A stretch of 64,000 nucleotides of DNA from Macrostomum lignano (taxonomy: Eukaryota), in contig NIVC01003436.1 of assembly GCA_002269645.1 (NCBI GenBank), positions 33,826 through 97,825 on the forward strand, in the 5' to 3' direction. Under the pieces are notes generated by a model. The model made no database searches. It saw only the letters and a program-made list of their open reading frames with translations, and was not told the DNA's origin. Within the stretch, counting starts at the first letter, position 1; each line of letters starts with the position of its first letter. Positions 26,135 through 37,944 of the stretch are shown here, in pieces. The translations under genes and the position numbers were made by a program.

Positions 26135-28596
26135 GTTCTGGTATTGTAATGTGAAAAGCCTGTAGGCGTTAAAATATAAACAAAATGTCTGCCTCTTTTA
26201 GCGAAATTCAAGTAAAAAAATAAAAATCAACTTTTCTTAAAACATTTACTCAACTTAAGAATAAGCAAGTGGAAGAAACAGTATGAAAATTGCAATTTAC
26301 AAAACGTTTTCATTTTAAATAGCAAATTTCTTATTTTGTCTTGCTCAGATTATGTGGTGGCGAATTGTTTTTAAAAAATAATGAAGTGATAATGATTCGC
26401 TAGTGAAATGTGAATAATATGATGCCATACTTGGATAACAGTGATGCTGATGCAGGTGAACTTTACATTACTACATTCTGCTTGTATTTTTATGAAATAA
26501 GCCTAGTCGATTTATTTCTAAAAGTAATAAATAATGAATATCAACGAATAGTCGAATACGACTATACGAGTAGGCATTCAAATTGAGCTTAGCCTTAGAC
26601 CTAAGGTAGATCCCAAAACCCCATCCGATCAGATAGGCATTCCCATGTTAAAATTCTTGCTCAAAATTTGAAGAAAACATTTGTTTACTAAGAAAACCTG
26701 CATACTTGCATCAATGCATCACAAAATAAAATGGAATTGCATACAATTCAAGTGTACATTCTTTTGCTAAGGTGATAATAATGAATGTTAATATGGTCTA
26801 TATTCTCAAAAATCTTGATAATATTATCTAGCCAGATCATTGTAGGCATATGCAGGAATGAAAATTTTAGTTTTTTTGTAGGCCTAAGCCTTAGGCCTAT
26901 TTAAATGGCAGTGTTTTTCGAAATTTTAAGGAGTCTAAACTCTAATTCAGTTTTTGCATATAAGCTGCTTATTATTAATAAACCAGTTATTAACTTAATA
27001 TCAATGACTATATATGGCAATACCATTGCCAATAATAGGTCTAGGCCTAGAAAAAATTAAAAAATGCCCTTTGTTAAAAAAGACCTAGAAATTGCAAGCA
27101 AGAGGGACAGAACAATTTTTCCAAAATATAAGATAATCACTTAGGATCTATCATATTAAAAAAACAAAATGAACAAATACTTGGCATTTTAATAGTTAGT
27201 AATCTTTTATCTTTGAAATGTCCTTCTCTATTGCCTTAAGATAGTCTGCTTTTAGTGTAGTCTTTGGCTCAATGACTTCCAAATACAGCTCGATTCCGGT
27301 ATATTTAATTATTTTCTTAAAAGGTTTCTAAAGTGAGTTTGTGGTTTGTTAGCTTGTTAACTATGTGGGGTTTGTTGCTTGGGGCCTAACTCTATTCAAT
27401 TAAACTTTAAATTCAGTCAACTTAGTTATTTAACTTTATTCAGTTTGCATCTTGCCTTTGTAATCAACATGTTCTATATACTCTGTAAACCAATGCACAT
27501 TCTATGCAATTCAATGTTCATTATTGCACTAGCTTTGCCTGGCTCTTAAAGTCATTCCAGTTACTCAGCCATGCAATCCATCAGTGCAATTAAATAGGCC
27601 TATTCACAATATTAAACCTATTGCTCTTGATCTGTGTCTCATAAAATAACTTGTACTATTCTATTGCAAATATTTCGCAAGAATTTATACTTGTTTAAGC
27701 AACATTTGGTTCCTAACTTTCATGTCACATCAGTTTCAATTTGAATAGATATATAGTGTGGCAATATATATGTTTTTTATCTTCTTTATATTGGACAAAC
27801 TGTATTTTAACCACTATGCAGCCTACTCTATATTGTGCTACAACTGTGTCACCTGTTATATATGCTAATATATCAAACTACAAATGCTTCTATGCACTAG
27901 AATTTCTAGGCAAAATGATATTACTCTGAGTTCTTTTGCCTAGAAAAGAACTTACAAGGATGAGTACTACTAGTAAGCTTATGCTATCCCTTTGGCTGCA
28001 CCAAATTGCAAAAGGCTTTTATTATCTACATAGCATTGAGAAGCCACCAATTTTTTATAGCAGTTTTTAGTTTGAGAAACATTTGAATAATGGCTAGTTT
28101 ACAGGCCAAGATAAGGAAACATGCAAAGTTCTACAGTTTAGTGAATTTCTGCTAAGTGAAATATAGTAAACCAATTATTAGCTAAATTAATAAATTTTAT
28201 AAGACACTGAGATAGGTAGCTTAGGCAAGTTGGTGATAGTTAAACTTGTAATTTATTAAATAAAACTAGACAAACAGTGCAGCTTAAACTACTTATTAGC
28301 TGACAAGGCAACTTGGTCATGGTTATTCCCACTGTCTACTTGCTTGCCCCCTAGATTGGAAATGATTGGCATGCAAAGTGTCTTTGCTCAGAGTCTGGCC
28401 CCAGGGTGGTATGTTCTTTAATCAGTTTCTTGGAATGCTGTGGAGCCATTAGTAAAGACCTTTTTTCTTTGTAAATTCATTTTCTTGCTATTTGTACTTG
28501 GTGTACTTGGTGCACAAAGACTATGATGCTTGTCTGTGTCCACAGACTGTTATAATTTATTTGAATAGGGACTTTTTTTCTTCACAGTCATAGCTT

Positions 28597-31500
28597 ATGG
28601 GTGAAATCGCTAAGATAGCAGGGCTGAGAGGCCAGAAGCTACATGTCGCTTATTTAAGAAAGTTGTTCCATTCTTTGTTGGCTCCTGAATGGGAGGGGAC
28701 GCTGATTGCTAGTCTAAACTAAGGGCTTTTTGTCAAAATTTTTGGTATATAGAATTTTGGATTTGGCAAATGTCTTACTAATCAAAAGAAGTCGAATATT
28801 AACAATCTCGATCCAGTAGGATTTTTAAGGCTCAGCTGCCTGTTCATGGCTCAGCATTGGCTCTTTCTCTTCAGGATCGCCACGGGCGCGGCCCTCCCCC
28901 ACCGCCGCCTCCCTCTGCTCTTCATCCTCCGTTTGTTCGCCCATCGGATTTGCTGCAGCTCGGCCTCCGCGATTTCATCAGAATTTTGTCAGCAACAACC
29001 CGCGCTTCCAGCCTCGTCAGCAGCATCCCAGACTTCATCACCGGCCACCTTGGCCAGTTGGCAGGCTGCCCGATGCAGATGAGGATGCTGCCAAAGCTAT
29101 TGGGGTTTATCAAAACGGCCGGACTGCCCCGACGCCGCAGCCGCCATTTTCAGCATCCTTGACGCAACCTGGCGTTGGCAGAGCCGACGGTATTGGCGCA
29201 TTTCAGTTCCGCATGCCGCCGCCTCCTGACCAGACGCCCGCGCTGCGGCAACGGCGGAGCTCCTCAGATCTCGCCGATTCCGTGCCGCCATCGAAGGTCG
29301 CCCGACAGCGCAATGACGATGATGTCGAAGATGGTTCGACTCCAGGCGTGAGTTTCGATGATCTTGTTGGCCAAGACGAGCTCCATGATGAAGAAGAGCC
29401 TGGGGGGCAGGGGAAGGACGAAGAGCCGCACCCGGATGCGTGGGCGGGCCAGGCGGAGACTCTGCTGTCAAGCCGATATTGCCGCGCCCTCCAGCTCGCG
29501 TCGGTCGAGCCCGGCGCGGCTCGGATTCGCGGCGCCGCCGCGGTGACTGCCGAGCCGGACGCGGGGCTGCTGGGCCAGCTGGCCGGCTTCATCACTCAGC
29601 AGGAGCCGCCAGTTGTGCACTTTTACTCCTGCGACTACTGCTCCTTCTGCACCGAGTATGATGGTCAGGCCGCGGTCAAGCTGACTCATGAGCACCTGTC
29701 TGCTGCCGGCCATGACAGCGCCAGCAGGTGCGAATTCTTAATTGGGTGCAGCTTGGATTGGGCCTGCTGTGTTTATCAGTGCGAATGCGGATTCTTAATT
29801 GGGTGCAGCTTGGATTGGGCCTGCTGTGTTTATCAGTGCGAATGCGGATTCTTAATTGGGTGCAGCTTGGATTGGGCCTGCTGTATTTATCGGTGTGAAT
29901 GCGGATTCTTAATTGGGTGCAGCTTGGATTGGGCCTGCTGTGTTTATCAGTGCGAATGCGGATTCTTAATTGGGTGCAGCTTGGATTGGGCCTGCTGTGT
30001 TTATCAGTGTGAATGCGGATTCTTAATTGGGTGCAGCTTGGATTGGGCCTGCTGTGTTTATCAGTGCGAATTATATGTCACACAGTCACTCTTCTCGCAC
30101 ACTTTTTTTTCTATCACTCCATTGTCACATCCGTCACAATTTTCAATCAGTTTTCACAAATTCAAACTTTTAACTGCCTTTCACTCCTCATTGTCACGTC
30201 ACGTCACTCTTGCCGCACCTTGTCACTCATTGTCACACGTTCCTTTTGTCACACCTGTAACTCAATTGTCAAAATTTCACCCTTCTTGACACCCTCATTC
30301 CTTGTCACTCCCCATTGTCACACGTCACTAATGTCACACTATCACTCTTTGTCACACTTGTCACTCTTGACACCTTGACTTCCGTCACTCAGTTGTCACA
30401 CTCGTCACATCTGTCACTCTGTCACAATTTCCAGTCAATTTTCACAAACTCACTCTGAAATATTCAATTCCCTGTCACTCCCTGTTTGTCACATCACTCT
30501 TGTCACTCTTTTTCACACCTGTCACTTAATTTTCACACTTTCAATAGTCACATGCCAGTTTACTATCGCAGTTGCCAGCACACTCGCCTGTCATGAGTCC
30601 CGGCACTCCTCAACGCCTGTCTCCCATCTCCCAGGTACGGCCGCACCGAGGACGGCCGGGTGGCGGTGGCGAACCCCGGCCAGCTGGTGGCGCCGAGCCG
30701 CAGCCGGCGGGCCGCCGAGTTCAACCGCCTGGCCATCGTCTGCCCGTCCTGCCTGCTGCAGTTTGACAGCAAGTTCGCCTGCGGCCTGCACCACCTGCTG
30801 CACCATGGCGGCCAGCTGGCCTGCTACACTGTGCTGCCGGTGCTGGCCAGCCGGCAGGTGTCATTCACCCCCGCCCACCTGTGCAAACCCTGCGGCCGCG
30901 AGTTCCGTCTGGCCGACGAGCTGCACCGCCATTGGGCCGGCGGCTCCGCCTGCTGCCCCTTCGCCAGCCCAGTTGCCCATCAGCGGCCTGTGCTGGTGCG
31001 GGTGGCCTGTCCGCACTGCAGGCTGCAGTTTGCGTCTCTGCTGCCGCCTGCCAAGTCTGCCGATAAGTCCGCTGCTAGGGAAGGTGAGCTGAGCTGCCAC
31101 TCCTCAGGCTCTTCCTCTTTTTTGTTGCATCTGGGGAGTTGGGACGCCTTTTTGAATTCTTCCCTGAGGCATGCTGTGTACTTTAGTCTTTGCCTTAAAG
31201 CTGTCCCTTTTTGTCCTGGCTGGGTTCTCTGCAGTGGCTTTGGAGTAGCGACTTCAGTGTAGTGTTATTGATGATTTTTTTGGTTCATGACTTTAGCATC
31301 TTTTAGCTGTAATTATGATTACGGATGTCAGTAGTTTAGTTCAGGACCTCAGTGTGATGTAGTAGTTTAGGTCATGACCTCAATATGATCTAGTAGTTTA
31401 GGTCACGGCCTCAGTGTGATTGTAGTAGTTTAGGTCACGGCCTCAGTGTGATTGTAGTAGTTTAGGTCACGGCCTCAGTGTGATTGTAGTAGTTTAGGTC

Positions 31501-31991
31501 ACGGCCTCAGTGTGATTGTAGTAGTTTAGGTCACGGCCTCAGTGTGATTAAAGTAGTTTAGGTCACGACCCAAAATATGATCTAGTAGTTTAGGTCACGA
31601 CCCCAATATGATCTAGTAGTTTAGGTCACGACCCCAGCCCCCGTTCCCGCCACTCACTGCAGCCGCAGGCGCCATGTTCGCAGCTCGCAAGCACATCGTT
31701 GCTTTGCACGCCGAGCGAAGCGCCGGCAGCCACTCGGCGCTGCTGCACATGCGGGCGACCTTCTTCGGCCTCGGTTCCAGTTTGTCGACTCGAACTCGCG
31801 TCCTCGCTGTGCCGCCGCTGACTCAGCGGAGCGCCTGCGACAGCCTGCTGTACTGCATCAAGCTGGCCAAGGAGATCCGGGCTCAGGTTGACCGAAACTG
31901 TCCGAGCGGCTGCGTCCTGTCCGAGCGCCTGCGGGCGGAAATTGCCGAGCTGCAGAAGGTCATGCTGGCTGCCGCCGCCGCTGCCCGCTAG
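28597..31991 (+). CDS. C2H2-type zinc-finger protein; exons 28597-28600, 28875-29727, 30635-31083, 31663(or 31669)-31991 (about 544 aa)
   Basis: All joins are GT-AG and phase-consistent (total 1635 nt). Motifs CDYC...THEH, CPSC...HHLLH, CKPC...HRH, and CPHC...HIVALH split across the last intron. The 4-nt ATG exon is the least certain part. Confidence 0.7.
29730..30070. repeat. 57-bp intronic minisatellite, 6 copies
   Basis: GCGAATGCGGATTCTTAATTGGGTGCAGCTTGGATTGGGCCTGCTGTGTTTATCAGT. Confidence 0.95.
30075..30560. repeat. Degenerate GTCAC-rich low-complexity intronic repeat
   Basis: Dense TTGTCAC/TCACTC motifs. Confidence 0.75.
31335..31635. repeat. 32-bp intronic minisatellite (GTAGTAGTTTAGGTCACGGCCTCAGTGTGATT)
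   Basis: About 9 copies. Confidence 0.9.
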
Positions 31992-32339
31992 CGACAGAAC
32001 TTTTTGCGCTGAATGTGCTGGTATCTATTTGTAATCCATGCTGTTTTAGCTCCAGCTCAGACTGCAATACTTTATTAAATGAATGGATGGCATTTCATAT
32101 TATGTATTCATGCTTATGTCAAGTTGATTTATTGCTGTGTGAGGGGGAGAATCAGTTTTGATTATTGTAAATTATCCATGCGAATAATAGTGTCACAAGC
32201 TTTCTGTGCAATACTTGGTTTGTTGTTTAGGTCTCTTAATGTCTTTGACGGCTGAATGACTTTTTGCTTTCTACAGTTCGAGAGTACAATACGTGATTTA
32301 GTGGAATCTTAAAAATCTAGTATAGAGAAAGTTGAACCT

Positions 32340-32372
32340 GAGACAGAGACAGGCAGGCAGACAGACAGACAC

Positions 32373-32437
<65 letters not shown>

Positions 32438-32615
32438 GAGACACACAGGCAGACAGACAGACAGACAGACAGACAGACACACAGGCAGACAGACAGACAG
32501 ACAGACAGACACGCAGACAGTCTGACAGACAGACAGACAGACGGATACTAAAACAGACAGACAGACGGATACTAAAACAGACAGACAGACAGACAGACAG
32601 ACGGATACTAAAACG

Positions 32616-32646
<31 letters not shown>

Positions 32647-32960
32647 GGATACTAAAACAGACAGACAGACGGATACTAAAACAGACAGACAGACAGACAG
32701 ACGGATACTAAAACAGACAGACAGACAGACAGACGGATACTAAAACAGACAGACAGACGGATACTAAAACAGACAGACAGACAGACAGACGGATACTAAA
32801 ACAGACAGACAGACAGACAGACGGATACTAAAACAGACAGACAGACAGACAGACAGACAGACGGATACTAAAACAGACAGACAGACAGACAGACGGATAC
32901 TAAAACAGACAGACAGACAGACAGACAGACGGATACTAAAACAGACAGACAGACAGACAG
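32340..32960. repeat. (CAGA)n microsatellite interrupted by CGGATACTAAAA
   Basis: Direct reading of the sequence. Confidence 0.97.
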
Positions 32961-33106
32961 GCAAGGCAACAGCCGGCCAGCCAGCCCACTAACAGCGCAG
33001 CCGCTGCAGTTGCAGGCAGCTCCCATCGAATACCTCGGAGACCGAAGGCAGCTCCGCCACTCGCCAAAGTCGTTCGCCTAGCAGCTCAACGGCGGCGACG
33101 GCCAGC

Positions 33107-34025
33107 ATGAACTCCAGCGGCGAGGCTGGCGGCCTCCAGCGCTGCTTCTGGCGCAGCCACGCCGGCACGGTGCTGCCGGCCGAGATTCTGGGCAGCCAGC
33201 CCGGGCCCGGCCGCCAGAAGCTGCTGCTGCTCCGGCTGTCCGACACCGGCCAGCGCCGCCTGGCGCGAGCTCGGGACACCTGGCCGTGCCGGTCCGCGCC
33301 CGCCGGCGCCTGTCAGAAATGCCGGCAGAAGGCGGCAGAACCAGCAGCGCTGGTCTGTCAGGAGTGCCGCAATGTCTACCATCGGCACTGCGGCCTGCTG
33401 GACCCGGCGCAGACCGAAGGCTATCCTAGCGGCTTCTTCCGGTGCCGCAACTGCTGCTTCCGGTTGGCTGTCGGGCCGCTGGGCGCCGCTTCCGACGGTC
33501 GCGACGGCCGAATGCTGCGGGCGGTGAAGCGGCAGCTGGAGTACAGCGTGGCTCAGCTGAGCTGGCCCAGCGATCTGGAGAACTCGGACAATGTCTACTG
33601 CTACTGCGGCGGGCCCGGCAACACCGCCTACGGCATGCTGCGGTGCATCGCCTGCAAACAGCATTTCCACTTGGCCTGCTTGCAGGACCTGCCCGACTGG
33701 ATGCGGCATGGGCTGGTGCCCTGGGATCGGTGAGCTGTGTCTGATTGCAGATGCTTAATTTAGGGGGCTAGTCCTCTCAGATCCTTAGTTTGAGTAGCTA
33801 ATCCTCTCAGATCCCCAATTTGAGTAGCTAATCCTCTCAGATCCCCAGTTTGAGTAGCTAATCCTCTCAGATCCCCAGTTTGAGTAGCTAATCCTCTCAG
33901 ATCCCCAGTTTGAGTAGCTAATCTTCTCAGATCCCCAGTTTGAGTAGCTAATCTTCTCAGATCCCCAATTTGAGTAGCTAATCCTCTCAGATCCCCAGTT
34001 TGAGGAGCTAAGTCTGGTAGACAGC

Positions 34026-34065
<40 letters not shown>

Positions 34066-34078
34066 GAGACACACAGGC

Positions 34079-34113
<35 letters not shown>

Positions 34114-34508
34114 CAGGCAGACAAGCAGGCAGATGGACAAGCAGCCACCCATCCCGCTATCCACCAGTCTCCAAGCAGCCGCCCTCCACCTCCCCCCTCC
34201 GCCAGTTTCTACGCATTTCTGTGCGCCTGCTGCAACGAGTTCGACCCGCAGCCCGGCACGGAGTTCGTGCACCGCCTGCCGCTGCGCTGGCCGGACCTGG
34301 TGCACATGGGCCTGCTGAACCTGGCTGCCACCAGCGAGGGCTCCGGATTTCACTGGGCCCGGCACGTCACGCCCTGGCTGCGCTCCGTGTGGCACCGGCT
34401 GTACGTCTCCAACCTGCGTATGGCCGATCTGGAGACTCAGGTGCGGCTTCTGGCTGCATTGCGACTGGTCTGTCTGTGTCTGTCTGTGTCCGTCTGTGTA
34501 TGTCTGCC

Positions 34509-34547
<39 letters not shown>

Positions 34548-34700
34548 GTCCGTCTGTGTATGTCTGTCTGTCTGTGTCTGTCTGTCTGTCTGTCTTTCTC
34601 TCTGTCTGTCTGTCTCTCTGTCTGTCTGTCCGTCTGTGTATGTCTGTCTGTCTGTCTCTCTGTCTGTCTGTCCGTCTGTGTATGTCTGTCTGTCTTTCTC

Positions 34701-34741
<41 letters not shown>

Positions 34742-34944
34742 GTCCCTCTGTGTCCCTCTGTGTATGTCTGTCTGTCTGTGTCTGTCTGTCTGTGTCTCTG
34801 TCTGTCTGTGTCTGTCTGTCCGTCTGTGTATGTCTGTCTGTCTGTGTCTGTCTGTCTGTGTCTCTGTCTGTCTGTGTCTGTCTGTCCGTCTGTGTATGTC
34901 TGTCTGTCTTTCTGTCTGTCTTTCTCTCTGTCTGTCTGTCTGTA

Positions 34945-34987
<43 letters not shown>

Positions 34988-37879
34988 GTCTGTCCGTCTG
35001 TGTCCGTTCGTCTGTCCTGTGTACCAGATCTCTCCAAGTCAAATCCTGATGCCATTTAACTCCAGTTTGGTCCGCAATTTCCCTTCCCCTGTCCAGGTGG
35101 TCCAGTCTCTGTCCAGCCACACCAAGCGTTTCCAGCCGGTTGTCATGACAACGGGCGACACGCTGTACCGGCCGATCTGCCCGCTGCGGCCCCCCGTGGT
35201 GACGCCGCCGCAGCCGGGCAGCCACCTGGCCCGCGTCAACTGGGCCGCCCGCATCTCCTATGCGCCGCCGCGCGGCGACCTTCCGCCGGCGCTGCTGCTG
35301 GACCCGGCCGCGCCCGGCCCCGAGGAGGCCGACGCCATCGCCGCCGCCACCGCGGCCGCCGTCTCCGTTGCTAATAACAATAATTCGAACTCGAAAGCTC
35401 GCAAAGCCTTCGCCAAGCCAGAAGCTGACAGCGGCTCCGACAGTGAAGACAGCTGCTTGGATGTTGGAGACGACCAGCTGCAGGACGCCGATTTTAAGCC
35501 TGGCAGCAGCGGCGCCGACATGGCTTCTTTGAAATCCGCCGGCTCGCCGCAATCCTCGTCCGCCGCGTCCCAGGCGCTGACAGCTGGGTGAGCGGATGCT
35601 GGGGATTAGTGATGGTGCGGATTAGTGGCGCTGGGGATTAGTGATGCTTGGGATTAGTGGCGCTGGGGATTAGTGATGCTGGGGATTAGTGGTGCTGAGG
35701 ATTAGTGATGCTTGGGATTAGTGGCGCTGGGGATTATTAATGCTTGGGATTAGTGGCGCTGGGGATTAGTGATGGTGCGGATTAGTGATGCTGGGGATTA
35801 GTGATGGTGCGGATTAGTGATGGTGCGGATTAGTGATGGTGCGGATTAGTGATGCTGGGGATTAGTGATGCTGGGGATTAGTGGTGCTGAGGATTAGTGA
35901 TGCTTGGGATTAGTGGCGCTGGGGATTATTAATGCTTGGGATTAGTGGCGCTGGGGATTAGTGATGGTGCGGATTAGTGATGCTGGGGATTAGTGATGGT
36001 GCGGATTAGTGATGGTGCGGATTAGTGATGGTGCGGATTAGTGATGCTGGGGATTAGTGATGCTGGGGATTAGTGATGCTTGGGATTAGTGGTGCTGAGG
36101 ATTAGTGATGCTTGGGATTAGTGGTGCTGAGGATTAGTGATGCTTGGGATTAGTGTCGCTGGGGATTAGTGATGGTGCGGATTAGTGATGGTGCGGATTA
36201 GTGATGCTGGGGATTAGTAATGCTGGGGATTAGTGATGCTTGGGATTAGTGGTGCTGGGGATTAGTGATGCTGGGGATTAGTGATGGTGCGGATTAGTGA
36301 TGGTGCGGATTAGTGATGGTGCGGATTAGTGATGGTGCGGATTAGTGGTGCTGGGGATTAGTGGTGCTGGGGATTAGTGATGCTTGGGATTAGTGGCGCT
36401 GGGGATTAGTGATGCTGGGGATTAGTGATGCTGGGGATTAGTGATGCTGGGGATTAGTAATGCTGGGGATTAGTGATGCTTGGGATTAGTGATGCTGGGG
36501 ATTAGTGATGCTTGGATTAGTGGTGCTGGGGATTAGTGATGCTTGGGATTAGTGGCGCTGGGGATTAGTGATGGTGCGGATTAGTGATGCTGGGGATTAG
36601 TGATGCGGGGGATTAGCGATGGTGCGGATTCAAATCCATTCAGACCCCATTAAACGACTTGAACCGCCGACCCTCCAGGCGAGCTCAGTTCGGCAGGCAG
36701 CAGCGCCGCAATTTGCAGCAGCAGCAGCGCCGCCGCGGCCGCCCGCTGCTGAACCTGCCGCGCCGGCGCCCTGATCATCCCGCGTCGACATCGACATCGG
36801 CAGCAGCGGCAGCTCGAGGCGCCAAACGAGTCGCCGCTGACGAGGACGCCGAGCAGCAGCCCGCCAGCAAGCGGCGGCGCGGCAGGAAGCCTCAACGGCA
36901 GCGCCAGGCAGCGCCGAGACGCCAGCAGCTGGTCGAGGACAGCGACGGAGAGCTGGCGAAGGTTCGCCGGGCCGGCATTCTGGACAGCGACAGCGATGAG
37001 CAGTCCTACCACAGCGCTGACTTCAACACCTCCGAGGACGACAGCGGCGACGCCGATTTTGTCGTCCGCGGTGTTGGCGGCTCCCGTCGGCCTCGGCCGG
37101 TCGTCGAAGGCCGTCAGCGTCGTGGTCGAGGCCGCCCGCCCAGTGCCAGCACCGTCCGACGTCAGCAGCAACGGCTGCGGCTGAATTCTAGCGACCTGGA
37201 CTCCGTCGGGTATATCGAAGACGACGACGGCCGAGATGATGTCGATGACGACGAGGACGCCAAATCCGCCGCTTCTACAGCTGGCGCTGCCCCTCCCGAC
37301 GCACCAGCAGCCGCTTCTGGCGTCCCGGACGATTCCAGCCGAGACGATGTTGGCGGCGATGTTGTTGACCGGTCGTCTACGCAGCCGAAGCCGCCGCCGC
37401 CACCGCCGTCCCGACGTCGGCCGCCAAAGTCTCGCCGAAGTGCCTCTGGGCCCGGCCGGCCTCGCGGCTCTTCAACGGCGTCCCGCGCATCGGCGCCGTC
37501 CGCCCAGCCGTCGTCGTCGACTTGTTCACCGACACTGCCTTCGCCACCGATCCGTTCGGTGGCCGACAGCGCCGCCTCTGTGCTGTCCTTCATTCCGCCC
37601 GCCCAGCGACACCCGTTCCGCCTGCCCTGGGAGCTGCCGGTGCACACCGACGTCCGCATCAGGCGGTCTCTCTGGCTGCAGGTGCACGCCCTCATGCCGC
37701 CGCCACCGCCACCGGAGCTGCCAGCAAAGCTGTCTGAACTGGAGGCTCGGCTGGACGTGGCCTGCAGGTCCAGACAGGGCTCGCCGAGGAAACTACTGAT
37801 AGGCCAGCTGATGGGCACCAGGGAAAGGCGTCTGCCCGACGGAAAGACAACCGTTGACTCGCTGTTCCGCTGGTGGTGA
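33107..37879 (+). CDS. Pcl: Polycomb-like protein (PHF1/MTF2/PHF19 family); exons 33107-33729, 34206-34440, 35097-35587, 36679-37879 (849 aa from this ATG)
   Basis: Tudor-like N-terminus; PHD1 CQKC...CQEC...H..C...CRNC; the diagnostic [10 protein letters not shown]...CYCGGPG...MLRCIAC.QHFHLAC..DR/FYAFLC..C segment matches PCL-family YSVADLEW...CYCGGPG...DRFY; winged helix [11 protein letters not shown]; C-terminal RERRLPDGK...RWW resembles the Mtf2_C/chromo-like end. Splice phases sum to 2550 nt. The frame stays open upstream of the ATG, so the 5' end is unresolved. Confidence 0.92.
33765..34140. repeat. Pcl intron 1: 30-bp minisatellite (AGTAGCTAATCCTCTCAGATCCCCAGTTTG) followed by (CAGA)n
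   Basis: Direct reading of the sequence. Confidence 0.93.
34465..35015. repeat. Pcl intron 2: (TCTG)n microsatellite
   Basis: Source of the spurious CLSV/QTDR ORFs. Confidence 0.97.
35595..36630. repeat. Pcl intron 3: 16-bp minisatellite (GATGCTGGGGATTAGT)
   Basis: About 64 copies with several variants. Confidence 0.97.
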
Positions 37880-37944
37880 TTTTTAGCATATTTTTGGTTG
37901 TTTTTTTCGATGTAATAATCAGTACCTTTATTTGATTGAGGATT

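Noticed and set aside
33760-35591. Long ORFs 34221..35591, 33760..35055, 34437..35552 and similar CLSV/QTDR ORFs
   Set aside because: They are stop-free translations of (TCTG)n/(CAGA)n introns. The real coding parts are Pcl exons joined by GT-AG introns.
35595-36630. Telomere-like GGGATTAG content
   Set aside because: The unit is 16 bp and contains no true TTAGGG runs; not an interstitial telomere.
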